This document shows, in pieces, positions 1 through 10,120 of a stretch of DNA of 64,000 nt. A program made the position numbers and the translations under genes. This DNA is from Candidatus Bathyarchaeota archaeon (GTDB taxonomy: Archaea; Thermoproteota; Bathyarchaeia; Bathyarchaeales; Bathycorpusculaceae), in assembly GCA_903901015.1 (NCBI GenBank), contig CAIUPH010000004.1, forward strand, positions 36,219-100,218, in the 5' to 3' direction. Under the pieces are notes generated by a model. That model was not told the DNA's origin. It did not search any database and saw only the letters and a program-made list of their open reading frames with translations. Position 1 is the stretch's first letter; each line of letters starts with the position of its first letter.

Positions 1-313
1 ATCCTGCTCGGTCTATAAGGGCCTTCATTTCGGAGGACATCATGGAAAAGTAAGTTGGTGAACCCAATATTATGCCGTCTGCCATAGCCATCTTCTCAAT
101 GTAGACGTTGACGTTGTCGTTTACAATTTTGCATTGCTTGTTCTGGACTTTTCTGCAAATTCCACAGGCTGTGCAGCCGTGAATTTGCTCTCCGGCGAGC
201 TGGATAAGTTCGGTTTCTATTCCTTCACTCTCAAGAACACTGAAGACCCGGCGGATCAAAATGGTGGTGTTTCCGTCTTTTCTTGCGCTTCCGTTAATGG
301 CTACAACTTTCAT
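1..313 (-). CDS. Iron-sulfur flavoprotein (Isf)/flavodoxin-family protein, N-terminal part (runs off window edge)
   Basis: Not in the ORF track. Manual translation from ATG at 313: MKVVAINGSARKDGNT...IHGCTACGIC...QC...ADGIILGSPTYF. This has the GSxRxxGNT FMN loop, a Cx2Cx2Cx5-7C cluster motif and GSPxY. GGTGA RBS upstream. Confidence 0.88.
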   Translation of the reverse strand, partial: MKVVAINGSARKDGNTTILIRRVFSVLESEGIETELIQLAGEQIHGCTACGICRKVQNKQCKIVNDNVNVYIEKMAMADGIILGSPTYFSMMSSEMKALIDRAG

Positions 314-365
314 CTATTCACCATTTAACAAATTAGGATAATGGGATAAAAGAATAGCGCAAACG

Positions 366-1289
366 CTAATTTCTCTTTCTGCTTCTATACACAACCGCGG
401 CAACAGCCACAACCGCCGCTGCCGAAAACCCCAAAACTATGGTTTCAACGGGAACTTTTGCCGCTGGACTGGGCATTTTGGTTGGGCTCTGCATCAAAGG
501 GTAGCGGTCTTGGTTTAATGCGTCGATTACGTAGCGTGTGTCGCCTATACCGTCGCCGTTGCTGTCGGTGCCGTTGTAGTTGCTCCAGTGGTTGCCTTGG
601 CGGCCGTTATCCCAGCTGTGAGGCGGCTCGGAGGCGTTGATGTATTTGCATTCACAGCCGTTCAACTGCACAACGTTGTTTTCAAAATCGTTGTGGTTGA
701 TTACTATATCTGAAGGGATAACGTCGCCTGCATTGTTGAAGCCGAAAAACAAGCCGCGCTGATTGTCGGCGATATAGTTTTTTGTCACGGTTTGGTTTGA
801 GCCTGAAAGCAGGATGCCCACGATGTTGTCAAATACGCCGTTGCCAGTTATGGTGTTGTTCTGTGTCCAAATGTACATGCCAATGCTGAAGTTTTTGACG
901 TCCAGGTTCTCAATAGTGACCCCCTTAACATCAGGACTGCCCAAATCGATGCCTATTACGTACTGCGCCAGCGTTCCATTAGGCAGCTGGTCGTTTCCTT
1001 CACCTATCACCCAAGCATCCATCGCCGTGCCGTTGTAGGGACCCGAAAGCGTGAAACCTGCGCCATCGAGCACTATGTTGCTTTTCTGAATTTTTATCGC
1101 TGCATACAAGTTATCGGTGAAAGTGTAAGTGTTTCCATTCTGGACAATAGCCTCAGTAGGAGGATAAACAGTGCCGTCGGGCTGAATCACAACCGTTGGC
1201 AAAGGCTCTTTGGAACGTGCGGGTTGAGCCGAAACGAGCACTAACGTGAGCGCTAAGAAAACGACAGTTAAAACAAGCACTTTACGCAT
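366..1289 (-). CDS. Secreted NosD/CASH-type parallel beta-helix protein with C-terminal TM anchor
   Basis: Signal peptide MRKVLVLTVV (RBS GAGGGG before ATG 1289), NxIxxN repeats, the WDNGRQGNHWSNYNGTDSNGDGIGDT...DRYPL motif typical of NosD-like C-termini, and a hydrophobic tail ending RSRKRN. Confidence 0.8.
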   Translation of the reverse strand: MRKVLVLTVVFLALTLVLVSAQPARSKEPLPTVVIQPDGTVYPPTEAIVQNGNTYTFTDNLYAAIKIQKSNIVLDGAGFTLSGPYNGTAMDAWVIGEGNDQLPNGTLAQYVIGIDLGSPDVKGVTIENLDVKNFSIGMYIWTQNNTITGNGVFDNIVGILLSGSNQTVTKNYIADNQRGLFFGFNNAGDVIPSDIVINHNDFENNVVQLNGCECKYINASEPPHSWDNGRQGNHWSNYNGTDSNGDGIGDTRYVIDALNQDRYPLMQSPTKMPSPAAKVPVETIVLGFSAAAVVAVAAVVYRSRKRN

Positions 1290-1305
1290 GTAAAGTCCCC
1301 TCATC

Positions 1306-2934
1306 TTATTCACCCTTAACGCTGTCGGATTTATTTAACCAATTCCTCGACTTACAAACAGTTTTACCCGCAAACTTGAACTGCAAACAATCCTCGCTTG
1401 GACACATTTCCACGCAGCGCAGACAGAAGATGCATTGGGATGACGCCACATCGCCGCTTTTTTGCTCGTAGACCTCCTTTACTTGGGTGGGGCAAACCCG
1501 TTTGCATATCCCGCATCGGGTGCATTTCTCTTCCGTTTTGTTTAGGCGCACCCCTGAGACCCATTTGAATGGCGGAAAACGGTTAAAGAGCGCAACTAAA
1601 CCGCCGAGTGGACAGATTCTGCACCAGGAACGGCGGAAGAAGAATGCGGCGGCAGTTACAATTGCCAGTATGATGAGGTTTGTTGATGTTATGTATTGTC
1701 CAAGTTGCCAAAACTGCCCGGTTGTGTTCTGTGTTAACCATTCGGGTTTCATCAAGCCCACGCTGGCTTCGGTTAGGACGCAGAAGGGTTTCATTGGGCA
1801 AACTTGACAGAATGGGGTTGAATAATAAGTGTAGGCTTCCCCGCCTTTTTGTGTTCCAGCCACAAGTTGGGTGCCCGTTATGGCTTGTGAAGCAAAAACC
1901 ACGCTGAGCACTATGAGTAAGGCAAGGAGAAGATAGCTTAATTGGTGGAAACGTTCGTTGAACTTGTCGGAGAAGTTGCGTCGCTTAATTCGCAGTGCTT
2001 TTCGCAGACGCGTCATTAAATCAACGTACAATCCAAATGGGCAGACCCAACCGCACCACACCCGCCCCAAAACCACAGCTGCCACTATGATTATGCCGAA
2101 AACAATCCCTAATCGCTCTAAACCTGCCGAATCATAGTGTACGCCCCAGCCTCCGCCAACGTTGAAGAAAGGGTAGATGTAGGCTTGAATCTGCCATAAT
2201 GCGCACGTTACGGTTCTTCCACAAGGGTAGTAGCAACCAAAGAAGGGCGCTGGAAGCCCATCGGGCATGCCGACTCCCAATACGGTGGTTCCAATTGATA
2301 GTTCATGTGGAGCAATCTGGGCTGCAGGCACAGGCAACCCGTAGTGGTCGATGAATACGCCGAAGAAAATAACGAGTATTAAGCCAACTTGGACAAGGAA
2401 ACGCAAGGAACTGATTTTTCGGGTTTTGTTTCTTGTTCCGAAGACGGCAACGACTGCACCGACGCTTAAAAGGACAGCGGATGCACCTATAACCGACCAA
2501 TTGGGTTTGTAAGTTATTGGTATGCTCGGGCTTGGAGGCGGTGCATCTGGGTGCTGGGGATCAGTGACTTGCGCGAATAACCGGTCACTGATGTGTCCGT
2601 CTATGGCGAATATATTCCAGTACCCAGCCATGTCGAGTTCCTGGGTGAAGGAGTAATTGCCCGTTTTCGCGTCGGTTAATACGTATTGTTCGATATAGGT
2701 GTAGTCGGGTCGGGTAAACGCGATTCGGATAGTTTTGTTCGACGCGGCGGGGCAGACTTGTCCAGTTACCGTGACGGATTCGTTGATGTTAATATGGGTT
2801 TTATCGATGTCCGAGGTTATGCAGGGACCATAGCACGGGTCGGCTGGCGCAACTTGGGTGCTTAAGAAACAAACAGCAATCAGGGTGGCAATCAATAAAC
2901 AGAGAAAGGTTCGCTGTTTAATATCCATCCCCAC
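1306..2934 (-). CDS. Membrane 4Fe-4S binding protein (NapH/MauN/NosR-C-like) with extra N-terminal extracellular Ig-like domain
   Basis: Two CxxxCP motifs (CGWVCP, CRICP), two CxxCxxCxxxCP ferredoxin motifs at the C-terminus, several TM helices and a signal peptide. Confidence 0.82.
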   Translation of the reverse strand: MGMDIKQRTFLCLLIATLIAVCFLSTQVAPADPCYGPCITSDIDKTHININESVTVTGQVCPAASNKTIRIAFTRPDYTYIEQYVLTDAKTGNYSFTQELDMAGYWNIFAIDGHISDRLFAQVTDPQHPDAPPPSPSIPITYKPNWSVIGASAVLLSVGAVVAVFGTRNKTRKISSLRFLVQVGLILVIFFGVFIDHYGLPVPAAQIAPHELSIGTTVLGVGMPDGLPAPFFGCYYPCGRTVTCALWQIQAYIYPFFNVGGGWGVHYDSAGLERLGIVFGIIIVAAVVLGRVWCGWVCPFGLYVDLMTRLRKALRIKRRNFSDKFNERFHQLSYLLLALLIVLSVVFASQAITGTQLVAGTQKGGEAYTYYSTPFCQVCPMKPFCVLTEASVGLMKPEWLTQNTTGQFWQLGQYITSTNLIILAIVTAAAFFFRRSWCRICPLGGLVALFNRFPPFKWVSGVRLNKTEEKCTRCGICKRVCPTQVKEVYEQKSGDVASSQCIFCLRCVEMCPSEDCLQFKFAGKTVCKSRNWLNKSDSVKGE

Positions 2935-3137
2935 CCATGTAGTTCATACAGGTTTTTTTACTCATAAATCTTTGCAAACAACCGCTGACTTTTTATCCGC
3001 CCTTATTCACATTTAAGTTCACACATGCTTGAGCATAAAGCCTTTTTTGTCAATGTTCCTTGACTAACCACCAATTTTTAGTCCAGATTCCTAAACAAAG
3101 CTAAACAGCCAGATTCATAGACAATCCATTATTCATT

Positions 3138-3183
3138 TTTGGAGCCTAATATCCAAGGTATGCAGGAAACGATAGGAGGGAGG
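3138..3183 (+). repeat. Degenerate copy A of dispersed ORB-like repeat
   Basis: TTTGGAGCCTAATA...TATGCAGGAAACGATAGGAGGGAGG aligns with the copies at 17267, 34876 and 50809. Confidence 0.55.
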
Positions 3184-3327
3184 CTACGCACGAACATATT
3201 TGGATCTGAGGGGTGTGCAGTATTCTGTTTTTGGGTGGTTTGTTGCTTTTTTTCTGTTACTCTAAAGTTGATCATCAGGAAAGTTAAACAGTAAAGAAAA
3301 CACAAAACCGAATTATGCACAGGGCTC

Positions 3328-3425
3328 GGATCCTATTAGGAACTCATTGCACAAACCATAGAGGGGTTCTATCTCTAAGGGTGTAGGTCGCTATTGTCGT
3401 TTTTCACAGTTAATAACATGTTGAA
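3328..3425 (+). repeat. Copy B (long form) of dispersed ORB-like repeat
   Basis: GGATCCTATTAG...AAACCATAGAGGGG...TAAGGGTGTAGGTCGCTATTGTCGTTTTTC...ACATGTTGAA. The distal part matches copy E (GGGGGTAGGGTCGTATTGACGTTTTTC) and copy D (GTAGGTGTTATTAGCGATTTTC...ACATGTTAAA). Confidence 0.65.
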
Positions 3426-3554
3426 TAGCAGCGCCTAAAACACGGGGTGTAAGATTTGGCTAACCCCGGAATTTCCCGTGTCATTTTAGATTTAGTTTAG
3501 ACGGGTAAAGGTTTAAGTGCATCATCCATGCATATTTTGCCAAAGGTATGGAAT

Positions 3555-3716
3555 ATGCCAACTCACGGAAGCTTATCAAAAGCTGGAAAAGTAAGGTCTC
3601 AAACGCCAAAAATCGTTGCAAAAGAGAAAACTGCTCCAAGCCCAAAAATCAGAAACAAACGCAATTATGAAAAGCGTGTGATTCTGCAAAGAAAAGCAGG
3701 GCAAAACTGGGTCTAA
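3555..3716 (+). CDS. rps30e: 30S ribosomal protein S30e (eS30)
   Basis: [20 protein letters not shown]...RNKRNYEKR signature; start moved to ATG 3555. Confidence 0.95.
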   Translation: MPTHGSLSKAGKVRSQTPKIVAKEKTAPSPKIRNKRNYEKRVILQRKAGQNWV

Positions 3717-3804
3717 GCAGACCATTTTTTCAAGCTGATTTTTCCTTTTAACTTAGTGTAGTTTATTTATTCGTAGTCTTAACCTTATTTCTGGTACTTT
3801 CCAC

Positions 3805-5403
3805 TTGAACAACCAAGACGCCCTCAGAGAAATAATCTCCACTTTACTTTCTATGACTTCGCCCACTCATGAGGATGTTAATCGCCTAAAAATTAAAGTC
3901 TCGGCAAAGTACCATTTGGAAGCGGTCCCAAGTAACGCCGATTTAATAAGCGTCTTAACATCGATGGAAGCAAAAAAGCTTTTACCCATAATACGGAGAA
4001 AAGCAACCCGCGGTATCTCAGGCGTTACAGTAATAGCCGTTATGACAAAGCCTTATCCATGTCCGCAGCCGGAGCCCTGCGCTTATTGCCCAGGCGGACC
4101 AACACAGGGCAGCCCGCAAAGCTACACGGGGTATGAACCTGCGGCGCTGCGCGGAACCCAGAACAGTTTTGACCCTTACGAGCAGGTTAAGAGCCGATTC
4201 CGCCAGCTCACCGCGATTGGGCATAAAGTGGATAAGGTCGAGTTAATTGTGATGGGTGGAACCTTCCCGGCTACTCCCATGGAGTACCAAACGTGGTTTA
4301 TCCAACGCTGCCTCGACGCCCTAACAAATAAAACCTCCGCGAACTTAGAAGAGGCAAAGGCGAATGCGGAAGTCAGCAAAACCCGCAACGTCGGTATAAC
4401 CATTGAAACCCGCCCCGACTGGGCAAAACAACCCCACATCGACGCAATGCTCGACATGGGTGTAACCCGCATTGAGCTAGGCGTGCAGAATCCCGACGAC
4501 GAAATCTATCGTTTAGTCGGCAGAACCCACAGCGTCGCGGACGTGGTTGAGGCAACGCGCATCGCAAAGGATGCTGGATTAAAAATAGTTTATCACATGA
4601 TGCCTGGAATGCCCGGTTCCGACCACCAGAAAGACCTCGCTGCTTTCAAGCGGATTTTCACGGATTCAGATTTCAAACCTGATATGATAAAAATCTATCC
4701 CTGCTTAACCATCGCGGGAACCAAAACCTACGAATGGTATCAAAACGGCACATACGAACCCTACACCACCGAAGAAGCCGCAAACATCATCGCTGAAATC
4801 AAAAAAACCATCCCGACATGGGTGAGGCTGATGCGGGTGCAGCGCGACATTCCTGCAAGATTGATTTTAGCGGGGGTAAAAAAGAGTGACCTGCGCGAGC
4901 TTGTTCAAACTAAACTCAGAGCGCAGGGTAGCCAATGCCAATGTATCCGATGCCGCGAAGTGGGACACCGATTAGCCGTTGACCACATCAAGCCTGACTT
5001 GGAAAAAATCAAAATCTTAACCCAGCGCTACGAAGCCTCGGAGGGCACGGAATTTTTCATCTCAGCCGAAGACCCAGAAAACAACGTTCTACTTGGCTAC
5101 CTGCGCATGCGAGTTCCCTCCGCGAAAGCCCACAGACCTGAAATAACAGCCGTGCCATCTGCAATAATTCGGGAGCTCCACGTTTACGGGCAACTTGTTC
5201 CAGTGGGAAAACACGCCAAAGACGCCACACAGCACAAAGGCTACGGACAAATCCTCCTAAAAGAAGCCGAACACATAGCTCACGAGGAATTGGGTCTGAA
5301 AAAGCTTTTAGTCATCAGCGCGTTAGGAACAAGAAGGTACTACATGCGTTTCGGGTACGAGTGCGATGGAGTTTACGTTTCAAAAACCTTGGAGAAAAAG
5401 TAG
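3805..5403 (+). CDS. elp3: Elp3 tRNA wobble-uridine acetyltransferase (radical SAM + GNAT)
   Basis: CPQPEPCAYCPGGP radical SAM motif, ETRPD, ELGVQ, QCQCIRCRE, RELHVYG, QHKGYG acetyl-CoA motif and ISALGTRRYY. Confidence 0.95.
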   Translation: MNNQDALREIISTLLSMTSPTHEDVNRLKIKVSAKYHLEAVPSNADLISVLTSMEAKKLLPIIRRKATRGISGVTVIAVMTKPYPCPQPEPCAYCPGGPTQGSPQSYTGYEPAALRGTQNSFDPYEQVKSRFRQLTAIGHKVDKVELIVMGGTFPATPMEYQTWFIQRCLDALTNKTSANLEEAKANAEVSKTRNVGITIETRPDWAKQPHIDAMLDMGVTRIELGVQNPDDEIYRLVGRTHSVADVVEATRIAKDAGLKIVYHMMPGMPGSDHQKDLAAFKRIFTDSDFKPDMIKIYPCLTIAGTKTYEWYQNGTYEPYTTEEAANIIAEIKKTIPTWVRLMRVQRDIPARLILAGVKKSDLRELVQTKLRAQGSQCQCIRCREVGHRLAVDHIKPDLEKIKILTQRYEASEGTEFFISAEDPENNVLLGYLRMRVPSAKAHRPEITAVPSAIIRELHVYGQLVPVGKHAKDATQHKGYGQILLKEAEHIAHEELGLKKLLVISALGTRRYYMRFGYECDGVYVSKTLEKK

Positions 5404-6750
5404 ATGAGTCAAATTGAAAATTCAGGTTACAAGGGCGAAGCTTTGCGCCAGCTTAAATTGGCGGACTGCGACATCGGCGACATCATCAGAGTTACCAGCA
5501 AAAGCAAAGTTTACGAGGGCATCTTGATTCCACGTGCTGAGCTGGGCGAAGGCACCATCGTCATTGTTAAGATGAAGAGCGGCTACAACGTGGGCATCAA
5601 CGTTACAAAAGAAGTTAAAGTGGAGAAAATCGGCAAAGGCACAAAACCCGCATTTGCCTCTCCGTCCATCCCCAAACAGAACCCTGCATTGCCCCACGTA
5701 GTCATTATGAGCACAGGCGGCACAATCGCCAGCCGAGTCGACTACCGAACAGGAGCCGTGCGCTCAGCAATTTCAGCAAGCGACCTCTACGGCGTCGTTC
5801 CCGAACTCGCGGATGTAGCCCGAGTTGACACAGAAATCGTTTACAGCATCTACAGCGAAAACCTCACCCAGAAAAACTGGACAGAACTTGCCCAAAAAGT
5901 GGCGGAGCGCATCGAGCAGGGCGTAGATGGCATAGTAATCGCCCATGGCACAGACACGATGGCTTACACATCCGCCGCGCTGAGTTTTGCCTTGCAGAAT
6001 TTGCCTGTGCCAGTTATAGTTGTGGGTGCGCAGCGTTCGTCTGATCGACCCAGCAGTGACGCAGCCACAAACCTTATTGGCGCAGTGAAAGCCGCTGGAG
6101 AAGCGCCGTTTGCCGAAGTGTGTTTAGTCATGCATGAATCTGTTTCCGACATCGCCACGGTCGTGCATCGAGGCACAAAAGTTCGCAAGTGCCATACGAG
6201 CCGCCGAGACACCTTCAAATCCATCAACGGATTCCCAATCGCCAAAGTCAAAAACCTGCAGGTAACCATGGAAACTGACCAGTACCAACGCCGAGACCCC
6301 AAGAAAAAGCTGGTCCTAAAACCCAACTTCAGCGAAAAAGTCGCACTTGTAAAGTTCTATCCCGGGCTAGACCCAGCGGTCATAGATTTCTACGTTGAAA
6401 AAGGCTTCAAAGGCATCTTGCTTGAGGGTTCAGGTTTAGGTCATGTTAGCAAATTCTGTTTTGACTCCATCAAAAACGCCGTAGCGAAGGGCGTTTTGGT
6501 TGCGTTGGCTTCCCAGTGTATTTGGGGTCGCGTAAACATGAACGTCTACGATACAGGGCGGGATTTGCTGTCTTTTGGTGTTGTGCCGCTCGATGACATG
6601 TTTCCCGAAACGGGATTAGTTAAATTAATGTGGGTTCTTGGACAAACCAGCGATGTTGAAGAAGCAAAGAAGCTATTGAAAACTAACATTGCAGGCGAAT
6701 TTTCGTCACGTACGCTTCCGCAGGACAAAATCGTTGAAGGAGCACAATAA
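5404..6750 (+). CDS. gatD: Glutamyl-tRNA(Gln) amidotransferase subunit D
   Basis: KMKSGYNVG N-domain, STGGTIASRVDY, HGTDTM, GAQRSSDRPSSD; adjacent to gatE. Confidence 0.96.
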   Translation: MSQIENSGYKGEALRQLKLADCDIGDIIRVTSKSKVYEGILIPRAELGEGTIVIVKMKSGYNVGINVTKEVKVEKIGKGTKPAFASPSIPKQNPALPHVVIMSTGGTIASRVDYRTGAVRSAISASDLYGVVPELADVARVDTEIVYSIYSENLTQKNWTELAQKVAERIEQGVDGIVIAHGTDTMAYTSAALSFALQNLPVPVIVVGAQRSSDRPSSDAATNLIGAVKAAGEAPFAEVCLVMHESVSDIATVVHRGTKVRKCHTSRRDTFKSINGFPIAKVKNLQVTMETDQYQRRDPKKKLVLKPNFSEKVALVKFYPGLDPAVIDFYVEKGFKGILLEGSGLGHVSKFCFDSIKNAVAKGVLVALASQCIWGRVNMNVYDTGRDLLSFGVVPLDDMFPETGLVKLMWVLGQTSDVEEAKKLLKTNIAGEFSSRTLPQDKIVEGAQ

Positions 6751-6751
6751 A

Positions 6752-8650
6752 ATGACCATTGACTACGCTAAAGTTGGCTTAAAAGTGGGCTTGGAAATCC
6801 ACCAACAGCTAAACGTGGGCTCTAAACTATTCTGCAGTTGCCCACCCGAACTCTTCAAAGAAGACCCTGAAATCACTTTTCTACGCAGGCTCAGGCCAAC
6901 CCAGAGTGAACTGGGACAAATCGACCCAGCCGCCTATTTCGAGTTCCAGAAGGGCGTAAAAATCCTCTACGAAGCCAACCGAAAAAGCAGCTGCCTAGTC
7001 GAGATGGATGAGGAGCCGCCGCACCCAATCAACTTGGACGCGGTACAAGTGGTTTTAACGGCTTCGCTCATGATGAACATGCAGCCCGTTGACGAAGTAC
7101 ACGTTATGCGCAAAACCGTCATCGACGGCTCAAACACCACTGGTTTCCAGCGCACCTGCATCATCGCGCTCGACGGCTGGATAAAAGTCGGAGAAAAAAT
7201 CATTCCCATGCAAGCCTCAAGCCTTGAAGAAGATGCCGCTCGCAAAACGGGGACACAGGATGAGGGCAAAACCATCCGCTACCGCATCGACCGCCTGGGA
7301 ATCCCGCTTATCGAAGTTGCGACGGCGCCAGTGATCTATTCGCCCATGGAGGCGCAGGAAGTCGCGTTTGCCATCGGCAGGATTCTGCGTGATACGGGCA
7401 AGGTTATGCGTGGCTTGGGCACGATTAGGCAGGACTTGAACGTGTCTTTGCCAAACGGTGCTTTAATCGAAATTAAGGGTGTTCAGGAACTTGAGTTAAT
7501 ATCCACCGTCGTGGATTATGAGGTCCAGCGGCAACTGGGTTTAATCGCTATAAAAGAAGACCTCGCCAAATGCGGCGTAAACCATGAGTCGCTTAAATCG
7601 GACTTCGTGGACGTCACAGACATATTCAAAGAAACAAAAAGCAAGGTTATTCGCAAAGCAGTCGACAAAAAACAAAAGGTCCTAGCCGTCAAACTCCAAG
7701 GATTCGCAGGTTTAACGGGCCGCGAATTGATGCCTAACTTCCGTCTTGGCAGCGAGTTGTCTGACCGCGCCAAATTCTGGGGCAGAGTCGGCGGCATATT
7801 CCACACTGACGAGGTACTTGCCAACTACAGTATCACAGCCGAAGAAGTGGAGGCTTTGAGAAAAGCAGTGGGTGCCGCAGAAACCGACGCAGTGGTTTTC
7901 GTCGCTGACACTGCAGAGAACACGCAAGATGCACTCAAAGCTGTCGTGGAACGTGCGCAGGAAGCCTGCACAGGCATCCCGGCGGAGACTCGGACTGCAA
8001 AAGACGACGGAACCACACGTTACATGCGTCCACGTCCCGGTGCGGCAAGAATGTACCCCGAAACCGACATTCCCCCACAGATGATAACAGACGAATTGGT
8101 GCACAAAGTCATGTCGAACTTGCCTGAACCAGCCGAAAAGAAGCTGGCACGTCTTGTCAAGCAGTACGGCTTGAACGAGAAGTTGGGTAAGCAGCTTATT
8201 GACTCGGAGTATGGCAGCCTCTTTGAGGTAACGGTGAAAGAGAGCGGCGTTGCGGCTTCCACGGTTGCGGCGTTCTTGACAGAAACGACGAAGGCGCTGA
8301 AACGTGAAGGCATCCAGCTTGACAACGTTTCAGATGAGCAAATCAAAAGTATATTCAAAGCCGTAGGTTCAGGAGAACTCGCAAAAGAAGCCATCGCAGA
8401 TGTGTTTAGCTGGTTATCCAAGAACGAGGGCAAAACAGTGCAGGACGCAATTGGTGCTTTGGGCTTGAAAATGTTCACCGAAGCGGACTTGGCGCCTGTT
8501 ATCGACCGCGTAATCGCCGCAAACAAGGCGCAAGTAGACAAACTGGGTAAGAACGCATTTGGCATGCTTATGGGCGCCGCAATGAAAGAGGTCCGCGGTA
8601 AAGCCAACCCCGAATTGGTAGGCAAACTCCTGAGGGAACGGCTAAAATAG
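6752..8650 (+). CDS. gatE: Glutamyl-tRNA(Gln) amidotransferase subunit E
   Basis: GLKVGLEIHQQL, IDGSNTTGFQRT, LEEDAARK, DRLGIPLIEVAT, RPRPGAARMYPETD; start at ATG 6752. Confidence 0.96.
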   Translation: MTIDYAKVGLKVGLEIHQQLNVGSKLFCSCPPELFKEDPEITFLRRLRPTQSELGQIDPAAYFEFQKGVKILYEANRKSSCLVEMDEEPPHPINLDAVQVVLTASLMMNMQPVDEVHVMRKTVIDGSNTTGFQRTCIIALDGWIKVGEKIIPMQASSLEEDAARKTGTQDEGKTIRYRIDRLGIPLIEVATAPVIYSPMEAQEVAFAIGRILRDTGKVMRGLGTIRQDLNVSLPNGALIEIKGVQELELISTVVDYEVQRQLGLIAIKEDLAKCGVNHESLKSDFVDVTDIFKETKSKVIRKAVDKKQKVLAVKLQGFAGLTGRELMPNFRLGSELSDRAKFWGRVGGIFHTDEVLANYSITAEEVEALRKAVGAAETDAVVFVADTAENTQDALKAVVERAQEACTGIPAETRTAKDDGTTRYMRPRPGAARMYPETDIPPQMITDELVHKVMSNLPEPAEKKLARLVKQYGLNEKLGKQLIDSEYGSLFEVTVKESGVAASTVAAFLTETTKALKREGIQLDNVSDEQIKSIFKAVGSGELAKEAIADVFSWLSKNEGKTVQDAIGALGLKMFTEADLAPVIDRVIAANKAQVDKLGKNAFGMLMGAAMKEVRGKANPELVGKLLRERLK

Positions 8651-8730
8651 CCTTTTTTATGTTAAAAGAAGCTATTAGCCGCAAATCCTAAATGCTTTCT
8701 AAGAGTTAGCAGTAACGAGGCAGAAATCTG

Positions 8731-9207
8731 TTGAAACGCATCGAAGCACACATAAAAACTGGTTTTGGCGAAGTCGTCATCGAAGGCGAAAGCCCACAAG
8801 ACATAATGAACATGCTCGAATCCATTCCAGAGAACTTCGTTGAGAAACTCTCCGATTTCGTCTCAAACCGCCTAACACCCTCGGGAGCACAGCTCAAAGG
8901 TATAATCGAACCTACAACCGAAGGACCAATCATCGTTACCCGCGAAAACCTCACCCACTACGAAGCAGTCGGTTTGGTTTTATACGCTTCAGATGAACGA
9001 AAAAACACCGCTGCCCAAGTTCAGAAGCTTTTGGAGTCCAGCGGCATAAAAAGCATGGTGCCTGCTAGGCTTAACGAAATGACTAAGCGAGGGCAAATCT
9101 TCAAACCTGACCCATCGAAACCCGATTTCAAGTTGACGATTCAGGGCGAAAAATGGGTTGAAGACGATGTTCTCTCAAGGCTCAGGGGCAAAATGAGCGA
9201 ACGCTAA
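8731..9207 (+). CDS. Hypothetical protein, C-terminal winged-helix-like region
   Basis: 158-aa ORF with TTG start and a codon pattern like its neighbours. The ARLNEMTKRGQIFK...FKLTIQGEKW segment resembles a wHTH. Confidence 0.65.
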   Translation: MKRIEAHIKTGFGEVVIEGESPQDIMNMLESIPENFVEKLSDFVSNRLTPSGAQLKGIIEPTTEGPIIVTRENLTHYEAVGLVLYASDERKNTAAQVQKLLESSGIKSMVPARLNEMTKRGQIFKPDPSKPDFKLTIQGEKWVEDDVLSRLRGKMSER

Positions 9208-9390
9208 ATTCGAAAAATCCACGTGCTGGTGACCTAACGTTTAGGATAGCAACTTTTGGTGTGCTTCAGGTTCAAAGAGAGGTTCTTCCAAGAATTAAAT
9301 CAAAAATAACCATCTAAATTTTGTTTGAGCGCTAATCTGTTTAGGTAACGCTTATTAGCCTCCGTTACAACGGTTAATTGAGGACTTTTA

Positions 9391-9639
9391 TTGAATTTAA
9401 TTTTTTTGACTATAATTTATTCGATACTTAGCAGCTTGGGTCTCGGTGGATTCGACATTGCTTTCCTCATCGGACTTGTCATAATTGGCGTGATAATCAT
9501 TATTCTCATCAAACTGTTTCTGGTTTTGATTCCCGCAATTCTCGTTGCCGTCGTAGTATGGTTCCTCACAGGCGACCTGTTATGGACTGGCATCGCGTTT
9601 CTGGTCGTTGCGGCATTGTCATTATTGGCTAAGCTATAG
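9391..9639 (+). CDS. Small hydrophobic membrane protein
   Basis: Almost wholly hydrophobic, 2-3 TM helices; exact start uncertain. Confidence 0.6.
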   Translation: MNLIFLTIIYSILSSLGLGGFDIAFLIGLVIIGVIIIILIKLFLVLIPAILVAVVVWFLTGDLLWTGIAFLVVAALSLLAKL

Positions 9640-9853
9640 TTTCGCAACCAATCTCCAAATCCCTTTTCTTTTGTGTCCTTGTTTTAGTTAGCTCAATTAA
9701 AAGTAATGATGGCTAATGAAGACCAAGTTTTACGCTTAGTTTTCTTAAATAAACCGTTTTCTAACCTTACCGAACCTGTTTTTGCTTAATTAATTATGGG
9801 ACGCTTTCATAAGGCTTTTATATTTGGTAGGGGGTTCTTGCATATCAACAGGA

Positions 9854-10120
9854 ATGGACAGGGACCCTAAATTGACGATGATGGAACCAAGTAAAAAACC
9901 ATTGAACGTTCTCATTAAACAACTGCATGGCAACATCGAAGTTGTACTGAAAAACGGCTACGAATACAAGGGAAAAATGATAAAGTGCGACGGGCACATG
10001 AACATACTCTTGGAAGGCGCCACAGAATTCAAAGAAGACCAATTAATGACTAACTACGGGAACGTGTTGCTTCGAGGAAACAACATTCTCTACATAGTCA
10101 TGGATGCCAACCACCACTAA
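9854..10120 (+). CDS. Sm-like archaeal protein (SmAP/LSm)
   Basis: Sm1 motif (VVLKNG.EYKGKM..CDGHMNILL) and Sm2 motif (GNVLLRGNNILYI); start may be 9854, 9878 or 9881. Confidence 0.92.
   Translation: MDRDPKLTMMEPSKKPLNVLIKQLHGNIEVVLKNGYEYKGKMIKCDGHMNILLEGATEFKEDQLMTNYGNVLLRGNNILYIVMDANHH

Noticed and set aside
5401-5406. elp3 TAG directly followed in frame by gatD ATG (pyrrolysine read-through)
   Set aside because: Both proteins are full length and unrelated, and no pyl genes were seen; this is ordinary tight operon packing.
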